Of a stretch of 64,000 bases of DNA, positions 9,780 to 20,500 are shown one piece after another; positions within the stretch are counted from its first letter, which is position 1, and each line of letters opens with the position of its first letter. Where the stretch lies: assembly GCA_018780435.1 (NCBI GenBank), contig JADMJS010000157.1, positions 621 to 64,620 on the forward strand. Direction: 5' to 3'. The stretch comes from Myxococcales bacterium (GTDB taxonomy: Bacteria > Myxococcota_A > UBA9042 > GCA-2863065). A program made the translations under genes and the position numbers. The notes beneath the pieces are model-generated. The model saw nothing but the letters and a program-made list of their open reading frames with translations, did not search any database and had not been told where the DNA came from.

Positions 9780-9805
9780 GCGCGTCGAATCCCCCGGAGT
9801 CGCGT

Positions 9806-10216
9806 TCATCCAGGCGCGCGGAAGAGCAAGGTGACGAAGCGTTCACACACCTCTTCGAGCACCTGCGCGCGGCCGTCACTGTCGACGAGGCCGCCACCGT
9901 CGGTGGGGGCAATGTCCTGCATCTTGAGCTCGCGGCCGAGGTCACACGTGACGACGCAGCGCCCGGCGCCGCGATCGAGGTAGACCGCGAGCTGGCGCCC
10001 CGCGAAGATCCAGCGGACCCGCCCATCCGCCTTGGCCCCCCACACCGAGACGCCCAGCCCTGCTGCGGTCGCGATCTCGCCGACCGCCGAGCCGACCGCG
10101 TCGACGAGCTGTGAGTACGCGCCTTCGAGCGCCTGCGTGCGCTGGGCGCCGTCCGCTGCCTCGGTCTCGATCGGCCGCAGCGATGAGATCAGCTGACTCT
10201 TCCAGTCGGTCGCCAT
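9806..10216 (-). CDS. Hypothetical protein (136 aa)
   Basis: ATG with a GGAG RBS and protein-like composition; no motif recognised. Confidence 0.7.
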   Translation of the reverse strand: MATDWKSQLISSLRPIETEAADGAQRTQALEGAYSQLVDAVGSAVGEIATAAGLGVSVWGAKADGRVRWIFAGRQLAVYLDRGAGRCVVTCDLGRELKMQDIAPTDGGGLVDSDGRAQVLEEVCERFVTLLFRAPG

Positions 10217-10269
10217 GAGCTACTCCCTCCAGGTGGGCGTCGCGATCAGCGCCAAGGCGCCCGCCGATG

Positions 10270-10710
10270 TCACTCTACCAGATGGACTGGCGCGAAGGTG
10301 GGGGAGCTCAAGACGTGTTCGATCTCGGCTGACGTGCGATTCTGGCAGCAGAGCGAAATACAGGTGCCTCGAATGAGCCGACGCTCGTCGGGCTGGTGCA
10401 CGCGGCGGGTCCCGTCGCCGCCACCCGGCGTCACATCTGCGGCCGGGAGCGCGCTGGCGAGGAGCGCGTCACAGCGGGTCGGGCAGCTCTCGTCCGCGCA
10501 ACAGCGCCGCTCGAAGCATTGCAGCGCGCCAGACGCCCCCGAAGCGGCGGCACAATCGCCTGCGGAGATGCAGAAGTCCCCGGCCCCACCGGACTGCTCG
10601 GGCACGTCGACCTCCGGGCGGGCGCACGACGCGGCGAGGGCCGCCGTGAGCGCCACGATGAAGATCACCAGTCGGGAGGAGGAGCGGACGCTCAGGACGG
10701 GGGTAGGCAT
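10270..10710 (-). CDS. Cys-rich putative lipoprotein
   Basis: Hydrophobic stretch ending in AASC, then a Cys cluster. Start is ATG 10710 (GGAG RBS) or ATG 10782 (ATGA overlap with the upstream gene). Confidence 0.65.
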   Translation of the reverse strand: MPTPVLSVRSSSRLVIFIVALTAALAASCARPEVDVPEQSGGAGDFCISAGDCAAASGASGALQCFERRCCADESCPTRCDALLASALPAADVTPGGGDGTRRVHQPDERRLIRGTCISLCCQNRTSAEIEHVLSSPTFAPVHLVE

Positions 10711-10778
10711 TCTGGCTCCACGTGGACGAGGGGGCTGGACCTTGCCGAACTTCGGGCCGGGTGTCACGCGGACGTCGT

Positions 10779-11396
10779 TCATCGTGCGCAGCGAAAGCCG
10801 ACACCGCCGGAGCGGGCGTCGGCAGCCTGCGTCAAGACCTCGCTCGGGCGTAGCGCCGCGGCCCCCCAGAAGCCGCCGACACACCTGCCATCATCGCACC
10901 ACTCCCAGACGTTGCCGAGGAGGTCATGGTGGCCGTAGGGGCCGCGTCCCGCGTCGCGCTCGCCACGGCGCCCGGGGTTGCCACGCGCGCCACGGCCGAA
11001 GCAGGCGCGTGCCGCGTCCGGCTCCGCGTTGCCCCAGGGAAAACGTCGCTCGTCGTCGCCTTGAACGGCGCGTGCCCACTCGGCGAGGGTGGGGAGCCGC
11101 TTCCCCGCCCACCGCGCATAGGCGGAGGCGTCGGCGTGGGTGACGCCGACCACGGGCATGTCCGGCTCACCGAAACCCGGACGAAACATCCAGGGTGGAC
11201 GCTCGACCCCACGTCGGCGGGACGCGGCCGTGAGAAACTCAAGGTATTCCTGATTGGTGACCGGGTGGGCGTCGAGGAGAAACGCGGCGACTCGAACGCG
11301 GCGGCCGCCCAAGACGGCCCGCCCACGCGGGACGGGGAGCAGCTCGGCGCCGCGCCGGGGCGGCGGGACCAGCCAATCCCAGAGCGCCCTCATCAC
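10779..11396 (-). CDS. Formylglycine-generating enzyme (FGE-sulfatase/SUMF1) domain protein
   Basis: PVTNQEYLEF, PVVGVTHADASAYARWAGKRLPTLAEW, FPWGN, DLLGNVWEW and GFRCAR. Confidence 0.9.
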   Translation of the reverse strand: MMRALWDWLVPPPRRGAELLPVPRGRAVLGGRRVRVAAFLLDAHPVTNQEYLEFLTAASRRRGVERPPWMFRPGFGEPDMPVVGVTHADASAYARWAGKRLPTLAEWARAVQGDDERRFPWGNAEPDAARACFGRGARGNPGRRGERDAGRGPYGHHDLLGNVWEWCDDGRCVGGFWGAAALRPSEVLTQAADARSGGVGFRCAR

Positions 11397-11409
11397 CGGA
11401 GGGGGCCGT

Positions 11410-11871
11410 TCACGGCTCGAGGAGCTCTTCGGCGATTCTGCGGACGAGATCGGCGTCGACCTGATCCTTGTGGTTCTTCATGATGAGGCCCATCAGCTTG
11501 CCGATCTGCTTGCGCGACGACACCGCGGCCTCGGCGATGGACGCCGTCACGATGGCGCGAGTCTCGGCCTCGCCCAGCTTCTTCGGCAGGAACTGCGACA
11601 GGTAATCGACCTCGAAGGTGAGCCGTTCCGCGTTCTCGGCCCCACGTTCACCGACTTTGACGAACTCCTCGCGGGCCTTCGTCATAGACTTCACATACGC
11701 CGTAATCTCGCGGAGATAGAGCGCGTCATCGACGACGCCCCCGAAACCGTCGGCGGTCTTGGCGAGCTGGATCTTGGAGCGGATGGCGCGGATCACGTCG
11801 AGGACCGCCTGGTCCTTCGCCTTCATCGCGGCCTTCAGGCGTTCGTTGAGATCGTTCTCGATGGCGGACAT
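11410..11871 (-). CDS. GatB/YqeY domain protein
   Basis: LKAAMKAKD...IRAI, E..YLSQFLPKKL and IGKLMG. Start reassigned to ATG 11871 (153 aa). Confidence 0.9.
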   Translation of the reverse strand: MSAIENDLNERLKAAMKAKDQAVLDVIRAIRSKIQLAKTADGFGGVVDDALYLREITAYVKSMTKAREEFVKVGERGAENAERLTFEVDYLSQFLPKKLGEAETRAIVTASIAEAAVSSRKQIGKLMGLIMKNHKDQVDADLVRRIAEELLEP

Positions 11872-11926
11872 AGGAGCTCCGAGGTGCGGCGCCTGACTGC
11901 GAGTCGGGCAGCAGTACGCCGCGGTG

Positions 11927-12841
11927 TCAGGGGGTGGGGAAATCTGGCGCGGTGTCGGCGGCGGCCGACTCACCGGGCACGAGCTCCTCGCCAGCCATGA
12001 TGATGGCGTCGCGAGGAATGTAGACGTCGTCTCGAACCTTTCGGACGTGCGTTCGTCCGGAGGCGTGTGTGGTGACCACGGCGCGATCGACGGTGTAGCC
12101 ATCGAGCCCGAAGAGTTCGAGGCGCTCCGTGCCGGGGCCCATGGTCGGATCAGCGACGACGACGGTCTTGAAGGACCGCTGTGAACGGGCCTCGGTGCGG
12201 AGATCGGAGTAGGTGTTGCGCGCCTTCTCTCCGAAGAGCCGGATGGTTACTCGATCCGCCTCGGCTTCGACGGCGACACGAACCTCGAAGGGATGTGTGT
12301 TTCGAATGACGAGGTCCTTCACGCCGTAGGACACGCTCGCGTCGAAACCAGGTGCGATGTAGACCGGAACCCACGTATGCGCGTAACGCTCGACGATCTC
12401 AAGGCCGCCGAGGACAGCGGCGGCGTGGAGCGTACTCGACGGCTGGCAGACCCCACCGCCGGACTGGTCGACGTACTTGCCGCGGTCGATCGCGGGGGCC
12501 ATTCGGTAGCCGAGGTGTTCGTCGCGCGGACCGACCACGCGGTTGTAGGAGAGCTTCTCGTAGGGCGAGAGGGTGAGCCCGTGAAGGCGCAACGCCGCTT
12601 GACGAACGTTGTGCGCTCGCCGCTCGTGCTCCGCCTTGAAGCGCGTCGTGAACTCCGCTAGCGCAACGCCCGGGAGGGGTTGCGGGGCGAACACGGTGAG
12701 GCCACGGTCGAAGCTCTGCCGCGCGGCAGCCTCCCCGGCCCACATGGCCGCGCCTGCGAACGCCACCAGGGCCAACGCCTTCATCGCCGCGAGTGCAGGC
12801 GGGAGTGCGGGCAGTGTTGGGGTGGACGTGACTCGGCGCAT
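11927..12841 (-). CDS. VanW-family protein, probably secreted
   Basis: R.HNV..AA, SYNRVVGPR, GGGVCQPSSTLH, GLEIVERYAH, Y..PGFDASV and DLVIRN. Start is ATG 12841 or 12784. Confidence 0.88.
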   Translation of the reverse strand: MRRVTSTPTLPALPPALAAMKALALVAFAGAAMWAGEAAARQSFDRGLTVFAPQPLPGVALAEFTTRFKAEHERRAHNVRQAALRLHGLTLSPYEKLSYNRVVGPRDEHLGYRMAPAIDRGKYVDQSGGGVCQPSSTLHAAAVLGGLEIVERYAHTWVPVYIAPGFDASVSYGVKDLVIRNTHPFEVRVAVEAEADRVTIRLFGEKARNTYSDLRTEARSQRSFKTVVVADPTMGPGTERLELFGLDGYTVDRAVVTTHASGRTHVRKVRDDVYIPRDAIIMAGEELVPGESAAADTAPDFPTP

Positions 12842-12935
12842 GGCCGCGGAGCTTATGCGTCCTTCCAGCGTGGCGCCAGAACTCCCGCTCCCCTGCGCTC
12901 GTGCTCTCAATTTCTCTGAGATAGGGGGTATAACG

Positions 12936-15518
12936 GTGAGGACTCGTTCTGGACGGGCAGGACGATCTCGGGGGCCTCCGTTGCGCTACGCCAATCCCTT
13001 GCTGAGCCTCGCGATCGGGAGCCTCGCGATCGGGAGCATCGTCCTCGGCATCGTCCCGCCTTGGTTCGATCCCGAGGCGCAGGCGGCCGACCGGGTGCCG
13101 AAGTCGGCCGCAGCGGAGCGCCTGGACAGCGCGGAGGTCGCGTTCGAGGCGGCGCGACGGCTCGGCGGCGTGAACACGTCCGACGGTCGGGAGCGGCTCG
13201 ACGAGGCAGCCCGCCTCGGGCGAGAGGCCCTCGGGCTCGAGCCAGACTACGTCCGGGCCGCCGTGTTACTCGGCGAGGTCCTGCTGCTGACACGCGAGCA
13301 CGCCGACGCGGATCGGCTCCTCACGAGCGCACTGGTTCACGCTCCGAACGACCTCGCGCTGCTCCATCTCGCCGGGATCCATCGCTTTCGGGCCGGGGCC
13401 CCGGAGCGCGGCGTACCGTTGCTCGAAGCGGTCGTGGCGCGAGATCGCCAGCGTTTCGACGCGGCTTATCTCCTCGCAGGCCACTACTACCGTGTGAAGA
13501 ACGACGCGCGCGCCCTACAACACGCGCTGACCTACCTCGACTCCCGACCGCGGGACGCCGCCGTCCATGGCATGGTGGGCAACCTCCACTTGCGAGCGGG
13601 CCGCGTCCAGCAGGCGATCACGGCCTTCGAGCGCGTCCTCGAGCTCGACCCTGGCAACCTCCCCGTGCGCGTGAACCTCGCCAATGTCCTCTCAGGGCTC
13701 GGCGACCACGCGAAGGCGGTCGAGCTCTACGAGGCCGTGCTGGCGAAAGACCCCACCATGACGATGGTCGAGTTCAACCTCGCGACCGCGTACTGGGCCC
13801 TCGGGCGTTACGGCGCGGCGTCGGCGGCGTTCGGGGCCTTCATCAGCCGGACAGCGGACGGCACCGAGTCGGCCGAGCTCGCTCAGGCATACCACTACGG
13901 CGGTCTCTCGGCGGCGCGTGCCGGCGACACGCCGCTCGGCCTGGAGCGCCTTCGCATCGCGACGGACCTCGCCCCGACCGACCCGTGGCCCCCTTACGCG
14001 GTCGCCGACCTCCTACGAAGAGCACGGAGCGCAGCGAGGGACCGGGAGGCGACGCCCAAAGACGATCTCACCGTTGCGGACTCCTTCATCGCGCTGGCGC
14101 TCCAGCGGAAGGACGACGCCCCAGCCATTCAGCAGCTAGCGGGCCGTATCGCCCGAGATCGCGGGGACTTGAGGCGCGCCCGGCGTCACTTCGAGACCGC
14201 CCAGTCGCTCGCACCGAAGAACGCGCTCGTACGAGCGGAGCTCGGCCACGTGCGAGTGCTTTCGGGCGATCTCGATGGCGGGATCGATGACCTCGAGACC
14301 GCACGCCTGCTCGACGCACGAGAGCCCAAGGTGTCGCCGTGGCTGTCGGCGGCGCGGACCCAACGCGCCGTGCTGCGGATGCGCGCCGGTGACGACCTCG
14401 CCGCCGAGTCCGACCTGCGTCGGGCGCTCGAAGTCGGCCCGCTGCTCGCCGCCACGTGGAACCTCGCGTGGCTCCTCGACCTTCGCGGGGAGCCGCTCCC
14501 GGCGATGCTGGAGGTGCGGCGTGCGCTCGTGGCGTCGCCGGAGGACTCCGATCTCAACTTGCTCCTGGCCTACTTCTCGGCCCGGACGGGTGCCTTCGCC
14601 GACGTCCCCGCCGCGCTCGCGAAGGCCGGCGCGGCACGCGACACCGGCCTTCGCGACGTGGTCTACGGGGCCCTGCTCGCTTCCCGAGGCGAATCCGAAG
14701 CCGCGGTGGCGGCCTACGAGAGCGCGCTCGCCCTCGGCTTCGAGACCAGCGGCGCCATCGCTGAGGTGTGGCTCGACGACGCTGCGGAACACCTGCGGCA
14801 GCGCCGTCCCGCGGAGGCCCTCGCGGCGCTGAGTAAGCTGGCGGACGCGCTCCCCCCCGTCCTGGCTCGCGCCCGAACCACGCTCGAGGTGGTCGCGCTC
14901 TTGTCCCTCGACGGCGCAGCCGGCGGCCGCCCGAAGGGGCTCGACTACCACCGCCTCGAGCGGCTCCTGGCCGTCCTGTCACGGGGGGACCGACGGCTCC
15001 CGCCCCTCCTCGTCGAGCTCGGGCTCGCCCCGCTCATGGAGGAGCTCGACTTCCTCACGGCGTTCGTCGCCTACCGGCTCGGCGACGGCACGCGGGCATG
15101 GGCTTCACTAGACCCGCTGATCCGGGCTAAGCACCCGGACGCCATCGGCCTGGGCGTGGTGGTGCTCCTCGAGCTCGCGGAAGGCGACTTCGCGAAGCGC
15201 GCCTATGACGCCGCCGCGTCCCGCGTCGAGCGGGCGCTCGAGCTCGCGCCCGGCGATCCCTGGGTGCGACACGCGGCCGCTTGCCTCGCGATGGCCCGGG
15301 GCGACGACGACGGCGCGAGTCGGGCTTTCGAGACGCTGGCAGCCACGCGCACGCCCCCCGAAGCCATGTTGAACTTCGGCCAGGTGCTCGCCGACCTGCG
15401 TGGGCGAAGCGTGGAGGCGCATACCTGGTTCCGGCGTTATCTGGAGCAAGGCGGCGTAGTCGCGCGATCCATCGCGAAACGGCGCATCGAGCGCGTCGAG
15501 AGGTACATCTCACCATGA
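12936..15518 (+). CDS. Secreted or membrane-anchored TPR-repeat protein
   Basis: Many TPR motifs (e.g. GNLHLRAGRVQQAITAFERVLELDP) and an N-terminal hydrophobic segment. Start is probably GTG 12936 rather than 12609. Confidence 0.85.
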   Translation: MRTRSGRAGRSRGPPLRYANPLLSLAIGSLAIGSIVLGIVPPWFDPEAQAADRVPKSAAAERLDSAEVAFEAARRLGGVNTSDGRERLDEAARLGREALGLEPDYVRAAVLLGEVLLLTREHADADRLLTSALVHAPNDLALLHLAGIHRFRAGAPERGVPLLEAVVARDRQRFDAAYLLAGHYYRVKNDARALQHALTYLDSRPRDAAVHGMVGNLHLRAGRVQQAITAFERVLELDPGNLPVRVNLANVLSGLGDHAKAVELYEAVLAKDPTMTMVEFNLATAYWALGRYGAASAAFGAFISRTADGTESAELAQAYHYGGLSAARAGDTPLGLERLRIATDLAPTDPWPPYAVADLLRRARSAARDREATPKDDLTVADSFIALALQRKDDAPAIQQLAGRIARDRGDLRRARRHFETAQSLAPKNALVRAELGHVRVLSGDLDGGIDDLETARLLDAREPKVSPWLSAARTQRAVLRMRAGDDLAAESDLRRALEVGPLLAATWNLAWLLDLRGEPLPAMLEVRRALVASPEDSDLNLLLAYFSARTGAFADVPAALAKAGAARDTGLRDVVYGALLASRGESEAAVAAYESALALGFETSGAIAEVWLDDAAEHLRQRRPAEALAALSKLADALPPVLARARTTLEVVALLSLDGAAGGRPKGLDYHRLERLLAVLSRGDRRLPPLLVELGLAPLMEELDFLTAFVAYRLGDGTRAWASLDPLIRAKHPDAIGLGVVVLLELAEGDFAKRAYDAAASRVERALELAPGDPWVRHAAACLAMARGDDDGASRAFETLAATRTPPEAMLNFGQVLADLRGRSVEAHTWFRRYLEQGGVVARSIAKRRIERVERYISP
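13004..13033 (+). repeat. 15 bp in-frame tandem duplication within the signal/TM segment
   Basis: GAGCCTCGCGATCGG twice, encoding SLAIG-SLAIG. Confidence 0.85.
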
Positions 15519-16534
15519 CGACCGCCCTCACCTGGCGCCGCGCGGCCATGTGGCTGCTCGCCGGCATCTGCGTCTCGATGAGCGCGCTCGCCGACGCGCC
15601 GCGCCCCTTCGAGCTCGGGGTCTACGTCCCACGGTTGCCCTTCACCGACGGCGTCACCCGGAACGCCTATGCCCGCGACGTCGCGGCCTCGCTCGCCGAC
15701 GCGACGGGGCTCCCGGTACGTGGACAGGCCTTCTCGTCGCGCAGTGACGTGGTGAAGTGGATGGAGGCCGGTCGGCTCGACTTGGTCTTCGTCGACGCCT
15801 CGTTCCTCGCGTCCGGCTCGGGCACGACGCTGCTCGGCAACGCCACGGGCCCCTCGGGGCCGTCGCCTCGGTTGGTCCTCTTCGGTGCGGGTTCTCCCGA
15901 GGGCACGGCGGGTGTCACGACCGCGCCGTCGATCGAGCGACTCCGATCGCTTCGGCTCGCGGTGCCGGGCGCGACACCGGTCGAGCTGCGGCTCCTGTCG
16001 AACGTGGGCTTCGAGTCGGTGCTTCGGGTGTCCGAGACCTTCCGAGAGATCGTGGACGCGCCCGACCTCGCCGAAGCCGTGCGGCGCGTGCAGCTCGGGC
16101 AAGCGGACGCGGTCATCGGCTGGGAGGGCACCGCACCGGCGCTGTCGCCGATCGTCGACCTGGCGCGTTTCCCGTTGCCGGTGCTCGTCGGCTTAAAAGC
16201 GCTCCCGGAGGACGCACGTACAACCTTCGCGTCCGCGCTCCGCGGCGACGGGATCGCGCTGCCGGCAGTCGGCCCGATTACGCGCCTCCAAGCGCTCGGA
16301 GCCGACTTGCAGGGCCCCATCGAAGAAGCGGCGTCGCGGACGGAGGGACGCGCGCCGGCACCTCGCCCCATCTGGGCCCCCGTACCGACGTGGCCAGAGC
16401 GCGGTCTCGCCGGTGCCGAGTGGGACTTGTCGCGCCTCGGCACCGTCGGTCGCGACGTCGCGCCACGCCGCTCGCCCCGCCTGGAGGTGCCCCGCGACCG
16501 ATTCTGGGTGCCAGAGCTCCCGCCCGCGGATTGA
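15515..16534 (+). CDS. Periplasmic binding-protein-like protein (PhnD/SsuA-like fold)
   Basis: Signal peptide; LADATGLPV...GRLDLVFVD and AVRRVQLGQADAVI motifs. ATGA coupling to the TPR gene. Confidence 0.6.
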   Translation: MTTALTWRRAAMWLLAGICVSMSALADAPRPFELGVYVPRLPFTDGVTRNAYARDVAASLADATGLPVRGQAFSSRSDVVKWMEAGRLDLVFVDASFLASGSGTTLLGNATGPSGPSPRLVLFGAGSPEGTAGVTTAPSIERLRSLRLAVPGATPVELRLLSNVGFESVLRVSETFREIVDAPDLAEAVRRVQLGQADAVIGWEGTAPALSPIVDLARFPLPVLVGLKALPEDARTTFASALRGDGIALPAVGPITRLQALGADLQGPIEEAASRTEGRAPAPRPIWAPVPTWPERGLAGAEWDLSRLGTVGRDVAPRRSPRLEVPRDRFWVPELPPAD

Positions 16535-16714
16535 CGAGCCGTAGCCACGCATCTCGCGGAAAATTCAGCTCGAATCGACACATCGAGCCTGTCACGGTCT
16601 GCTAGGCTGCGCCTATCGCGACCCTACGGCACCTTGACCAGTCAGGTGAAGCCAGGAGCTTAGGCGGCCAGGTGGTGTGAGGCGCTAACCCAAAAACGTT
16701 GAAGGAGCACGTGT

Positions 16715-17506
16715 ATGACTGAAGCATGGCGCGCGGGACTCAGACCCGAAGTCCTCGAACGCTGGGCGACGCTCGTCGCGGCGGCACGGCAGGCGACACC
16801 CGCGTCCCCGCTACCTGCCGGTGTCGACGCTGCGTCCCTGCAGTCGACCGTCATGACGTGCGCGGAGGCCAAGGGCTTCGTGGCGCTCATGCCCGGCGAC
16901 GAGCAGGGATCCACGACGGTGGCGGTCGCGACGAAGGCACACCACCTCACGCCGCACTTCGCTGCGATCGGCGTCGGCCGGGTCGACGGGTGGGCAGCGA
17001 CCGTGTTGGCGATCGCCGATGCGGAGCCCTTACCGCTACACGCCCCGCCCACCGAGCCCATCATGCCCGCGGGCACGTCGCAGACCCCGTCGATCAGCCG
17101 TGAGGACGCGGCCGCTCTTCAGCGTGCAATCCGGGCGGCCTTCGCGGTGCGTGTCGGCTTCCGACTGCTCGGAGACCCCGCCGTTGGACTCGCCATCGGC
17201 CCCGAAGGAGCAACCCCGCCCCTCGACCCGAGCCAGGGCACCATCTTGCAGAACCCCCAAGGCGCGACCTTCGTCTACCTTCCGTTTCGAATGTGGAGCG
17301 ATGTCATCACGGTGACCATGCTCGAGCAGGGCCTCGTCACGGTGCTGCCGTCCGGTGACACCCAGTTCCTGGTGCCCATCCCTTCTGAGATCCCGGCGTG
17401 GTCGCTCATCGAGACCTTGGCCGACGGCGGCCTCCCGAGCGACGTACACACGTTCATTCACCTGATCGTGCGCCTCTTCGGCCCGAGCGCGTCGCGCCCG
17501 AACTAG
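16715..17506 (+). CDS. Hypothetical protein (263 aa)
   Basis: AAGGAG RBS before the ATG and protein-like composition; no motif recognised. Confidence 0.7.
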   Translation: MTEAWRAGLRPEVLERWATLVAAARQATPASPLPAGVDAASLQSTVMTCAEAKGFVALMPGDEQGSTTVAVATKAHHLTPHFAAIGVGRVDGWAATVLAIADAEPLPLHAPPTEPIMPAGTSQTPSISREDAAALQRAIRAAFAVRVGFRLLGDPAVGLAIGPEGATPPLDPSQGTILQNPQGATFVYLPFRMWSDVITVTMLEQGLVTVLPSGDTQFLVPIPSEIPAWSLIETLADGGLPSDVHTFIHLIVRLFGPSASRPN

Positions 17507-17522
17507 CGCAGCGAAAGCAGGG

Positions 17523-20500
17523 CTACGGCGCCGGCGCCGCCTCGATCCAGTGCGCCGGGTTGGCGGGCGTCGGACCGTGCTTGACCGTCAACGTCAGGGG
17601 CGACGCCGAGACCGTGGCCGCGTCGAAGTCGGCGCCGGGCTGCAGCGTGACCGAGTGGGTCCCCGCCGTGCCGATGGTGAAGTCGAGCGTGATGAAGTTC
17701 GGGTTGCCAGTGATGCTGCCGGTGACGCCGACGTAGGCTTGGGTGATGACCGGGCCGGACGACGGGCTGAAGATGACCATCTGGTGCTGGTCCGCCGGGC
17801 AGCTCCCACCGAGCTGGGCGCAGGTGTTGACCTGGTGACCCGACGACAGCGTCACGCTCTCGTTCGGCGCCTTCACGGAACAGGAGGCGCAGCGACCTGA
17901 CGCGGCGTCACAGATGGGCGCATCGGCCGGGAAGGTCGTGGCGCAGTAGCCCTCCGGCTTGTTCGAGCAGACCGTCGCCGGGTTGTTCGGGAGCGGGTTA
18001 CAGGCATAGACGCCGTTGAAGGTCGCGCCCGCGGGGAGCGCAAGCGTGAGATTCGCCGCCGCCGGCGCCGAGCCCGCCTGAGCGCTGCGTGCCATGGCGA
18101 GCGTGCAACGCACGTTCTCGCCGGCCGACCCCGTGATCTCGCACAGGATCGGCGTGCACGCGTTGTCGACGCAGCGCGAGCCACTCTTGCACTGGCCGTC
18201 CACGACGCACAGCGCCGGACAGGCATTGACGGTCTGGTCGAGCGCGCCCGTGCAGGCGACGTCGAGGTAGTCGCCACAGAGCCGGGTCTGGCCCGCGCCA
18301 CACGCCGAGTCGTCCGGGACGACCTCCGACCCGCAGACCGAGTTCGTACACACCGCCTCGAGCCGCTCGCCGCTACAGGTGCCGGCGTCGGTGCAGGACG
18401 CCGAGGTCGTATACGCGGCCGGGCAGTCGAGCGCCGTCGCGCAGCAATCGCCGCCCGAGCAGCAGCGACCGCCGCCGCAGTAGCCGCTCAGGCAGTCGCC
18501 TCCGACCGTACACGCGCCGCCATCGGCGACGCCCTGAACGCACTGGCCGGCCTGGCAGAGGAAGCCCTGGCCACAATTCGCGCTCGTGGTGCAGGGGTCG
18601 CCCGCACCGCCACTCGTCGAGCAGACGCTCGCGAGGCAGACGAGGCCGTCCTGGCACTCGGACGACAGCGTGCACCCCGATCCCGCAGGCCCATCCACGG
18701 CACACGCACCCGCGGAGCAGTGGTACGCGACATCGCAGTCCGAATCAGTGGCGCATGGGGCGCCTGTCCCCCCCGCCGGGTTGCACACGCCGAGCGCGCA
18801 GACGAGGTCCGGTGTACACATCGCGTCACTCGTACAGCCGTCGCCGATGCCAACGTCCGCCGCGCAAACGCCCGCCGCGCAGTGGAACGCCGGACCGCAG
18901 TCCGAGTCGGCCGTACAGGCCTCCCCACCTCCCAGCGGTTCACGACACTGGCCCGACGAACACGTGAGCCCGTCTGCACATTCGCTCGTTGACGCACAGC
19001 CGCCGCCGAGTCCGACGTCGGTCGTACATACGCCCGAGGCACAGTGGAAGCCCGCCGCGCAGTCGGTATCGACCGTACAGGCGCCACCGCCGCCCAGCTC
19101 TTCCGAACAGACACCGGCGATGCAGGTATACCCGGCGACACAATCCGACGGCGCCGTACACGCAGCGCCGGGCCCGAGGTCGGGCACACATTGGCCTGTC
19201 GGCTCGTCGCAATGTAGTCCGGCGCCGCAGCCGCCGTCGGTCACACACGGATCCCCCGCGCCGCCTGCTTCGACACAGGTCCCCTGGCCGCACACGAGGG
19301 GTGCCGCGCAGTCCGTATCGACGTCACAGCCGGCCCCGGCCCCACCATCGGCGACGCACGTCTCGAGCGCCTCGTTGCAGTGGAAGCCAGGACCGCAGTC
19401 GACGTCCTGAACGCATCCGGTCGTGATGACGGGCGCACAGAGGCCGGCCTGGCAGATGAGCCCGTCGCCGCAGTCCGAGTCGGTCGAGCAGGTCCCGCCG
19501 ATCGGCTGATCGGCCGCACAGAAGCCGAGCCCCTCGTCGCAGTGGAAGCCGGCCGCGCAGTCGGTGTCGGACACACAGGTGGCGCCGCCGCCGCCCGCCG
19601 GGGCGCAGGCGCCCGAGTCGCAGATCGAGCCGGCGACGCAGTCGCCATCGACGACGCAAGGCCCGCCATTGCCGACATCGGCCGCACAGGTTCCGGTCGC
19701 GACAGCGCAATGGTAACCAATGGCGCACTCGGCGTCGGACGTGCACGCGTCGCCACCACCGCCCTGCACGGTGCAGACTCCCGCGAGGCAGGTGTAGTCG
19801 GCGATGCAGTCGGAGTCCTGGCCGCAGGCCCCACCGCCGGGGACGTCGACGGCGCATTGACCCGTAGTCTCGTTGCAGTGGCGATCGGACGGGCAATCGA
19901 GGTCCGACGTACAGGTGGCGCCCGGATCCGTACAGAGGCCCGCGTCACAGACCTGGCCGATGAGGCAGTCCGATACCGCCGTGCAGGGACCACCCGGGAG
20001 GATCGCGGTACACTGGCCGATCAGCTCGTCGCAGCGGTATCCGGCGGCGCAGTCGGCGTCGACGACACAGGCATCGCCGCCGCCGCCCGCTTCGCCGCAG
20101 ACGCCCGCCGTGCAGATGAGGGTGTCGGCGCAGTCGCCATCGACGGTGCAGGCCCCGCCGATCGGCGAGTCGGGCGCACACGTGCCCGTCGCTTCGACGC
20201 AATGAAGGCCGACGCCGCAGTCGGCATCGACCACACAGGCGTCACCGAGGCCACCCGCTTCGGTGCAGACACCGGCTTGGCAGGCGAAGCCGGAGACACA
20301 GTCCGAGTCCTCAGCGCACGCACCGCCCCCGGGTACGTCGACGGCGCAGGTCCCGGCCGCGCAGTGGTAGGCCTCGGCGCAATCGCTGTCGAGCGTACAC
20401 GCATCGCCGCCCGTGCCCGACGGCTGGCAGGTTCCGCCGAGGCAGGAGAGCCCACTCGCACAATCGGTGTCGACCACACACGCGCCACCACCGCCGATGT

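Noticed and set aside
11927-12841. Vancomycin-resistance locus
   Set aside because: VanW domains are widespread, and no vanH/A/X/R/S genes are present.
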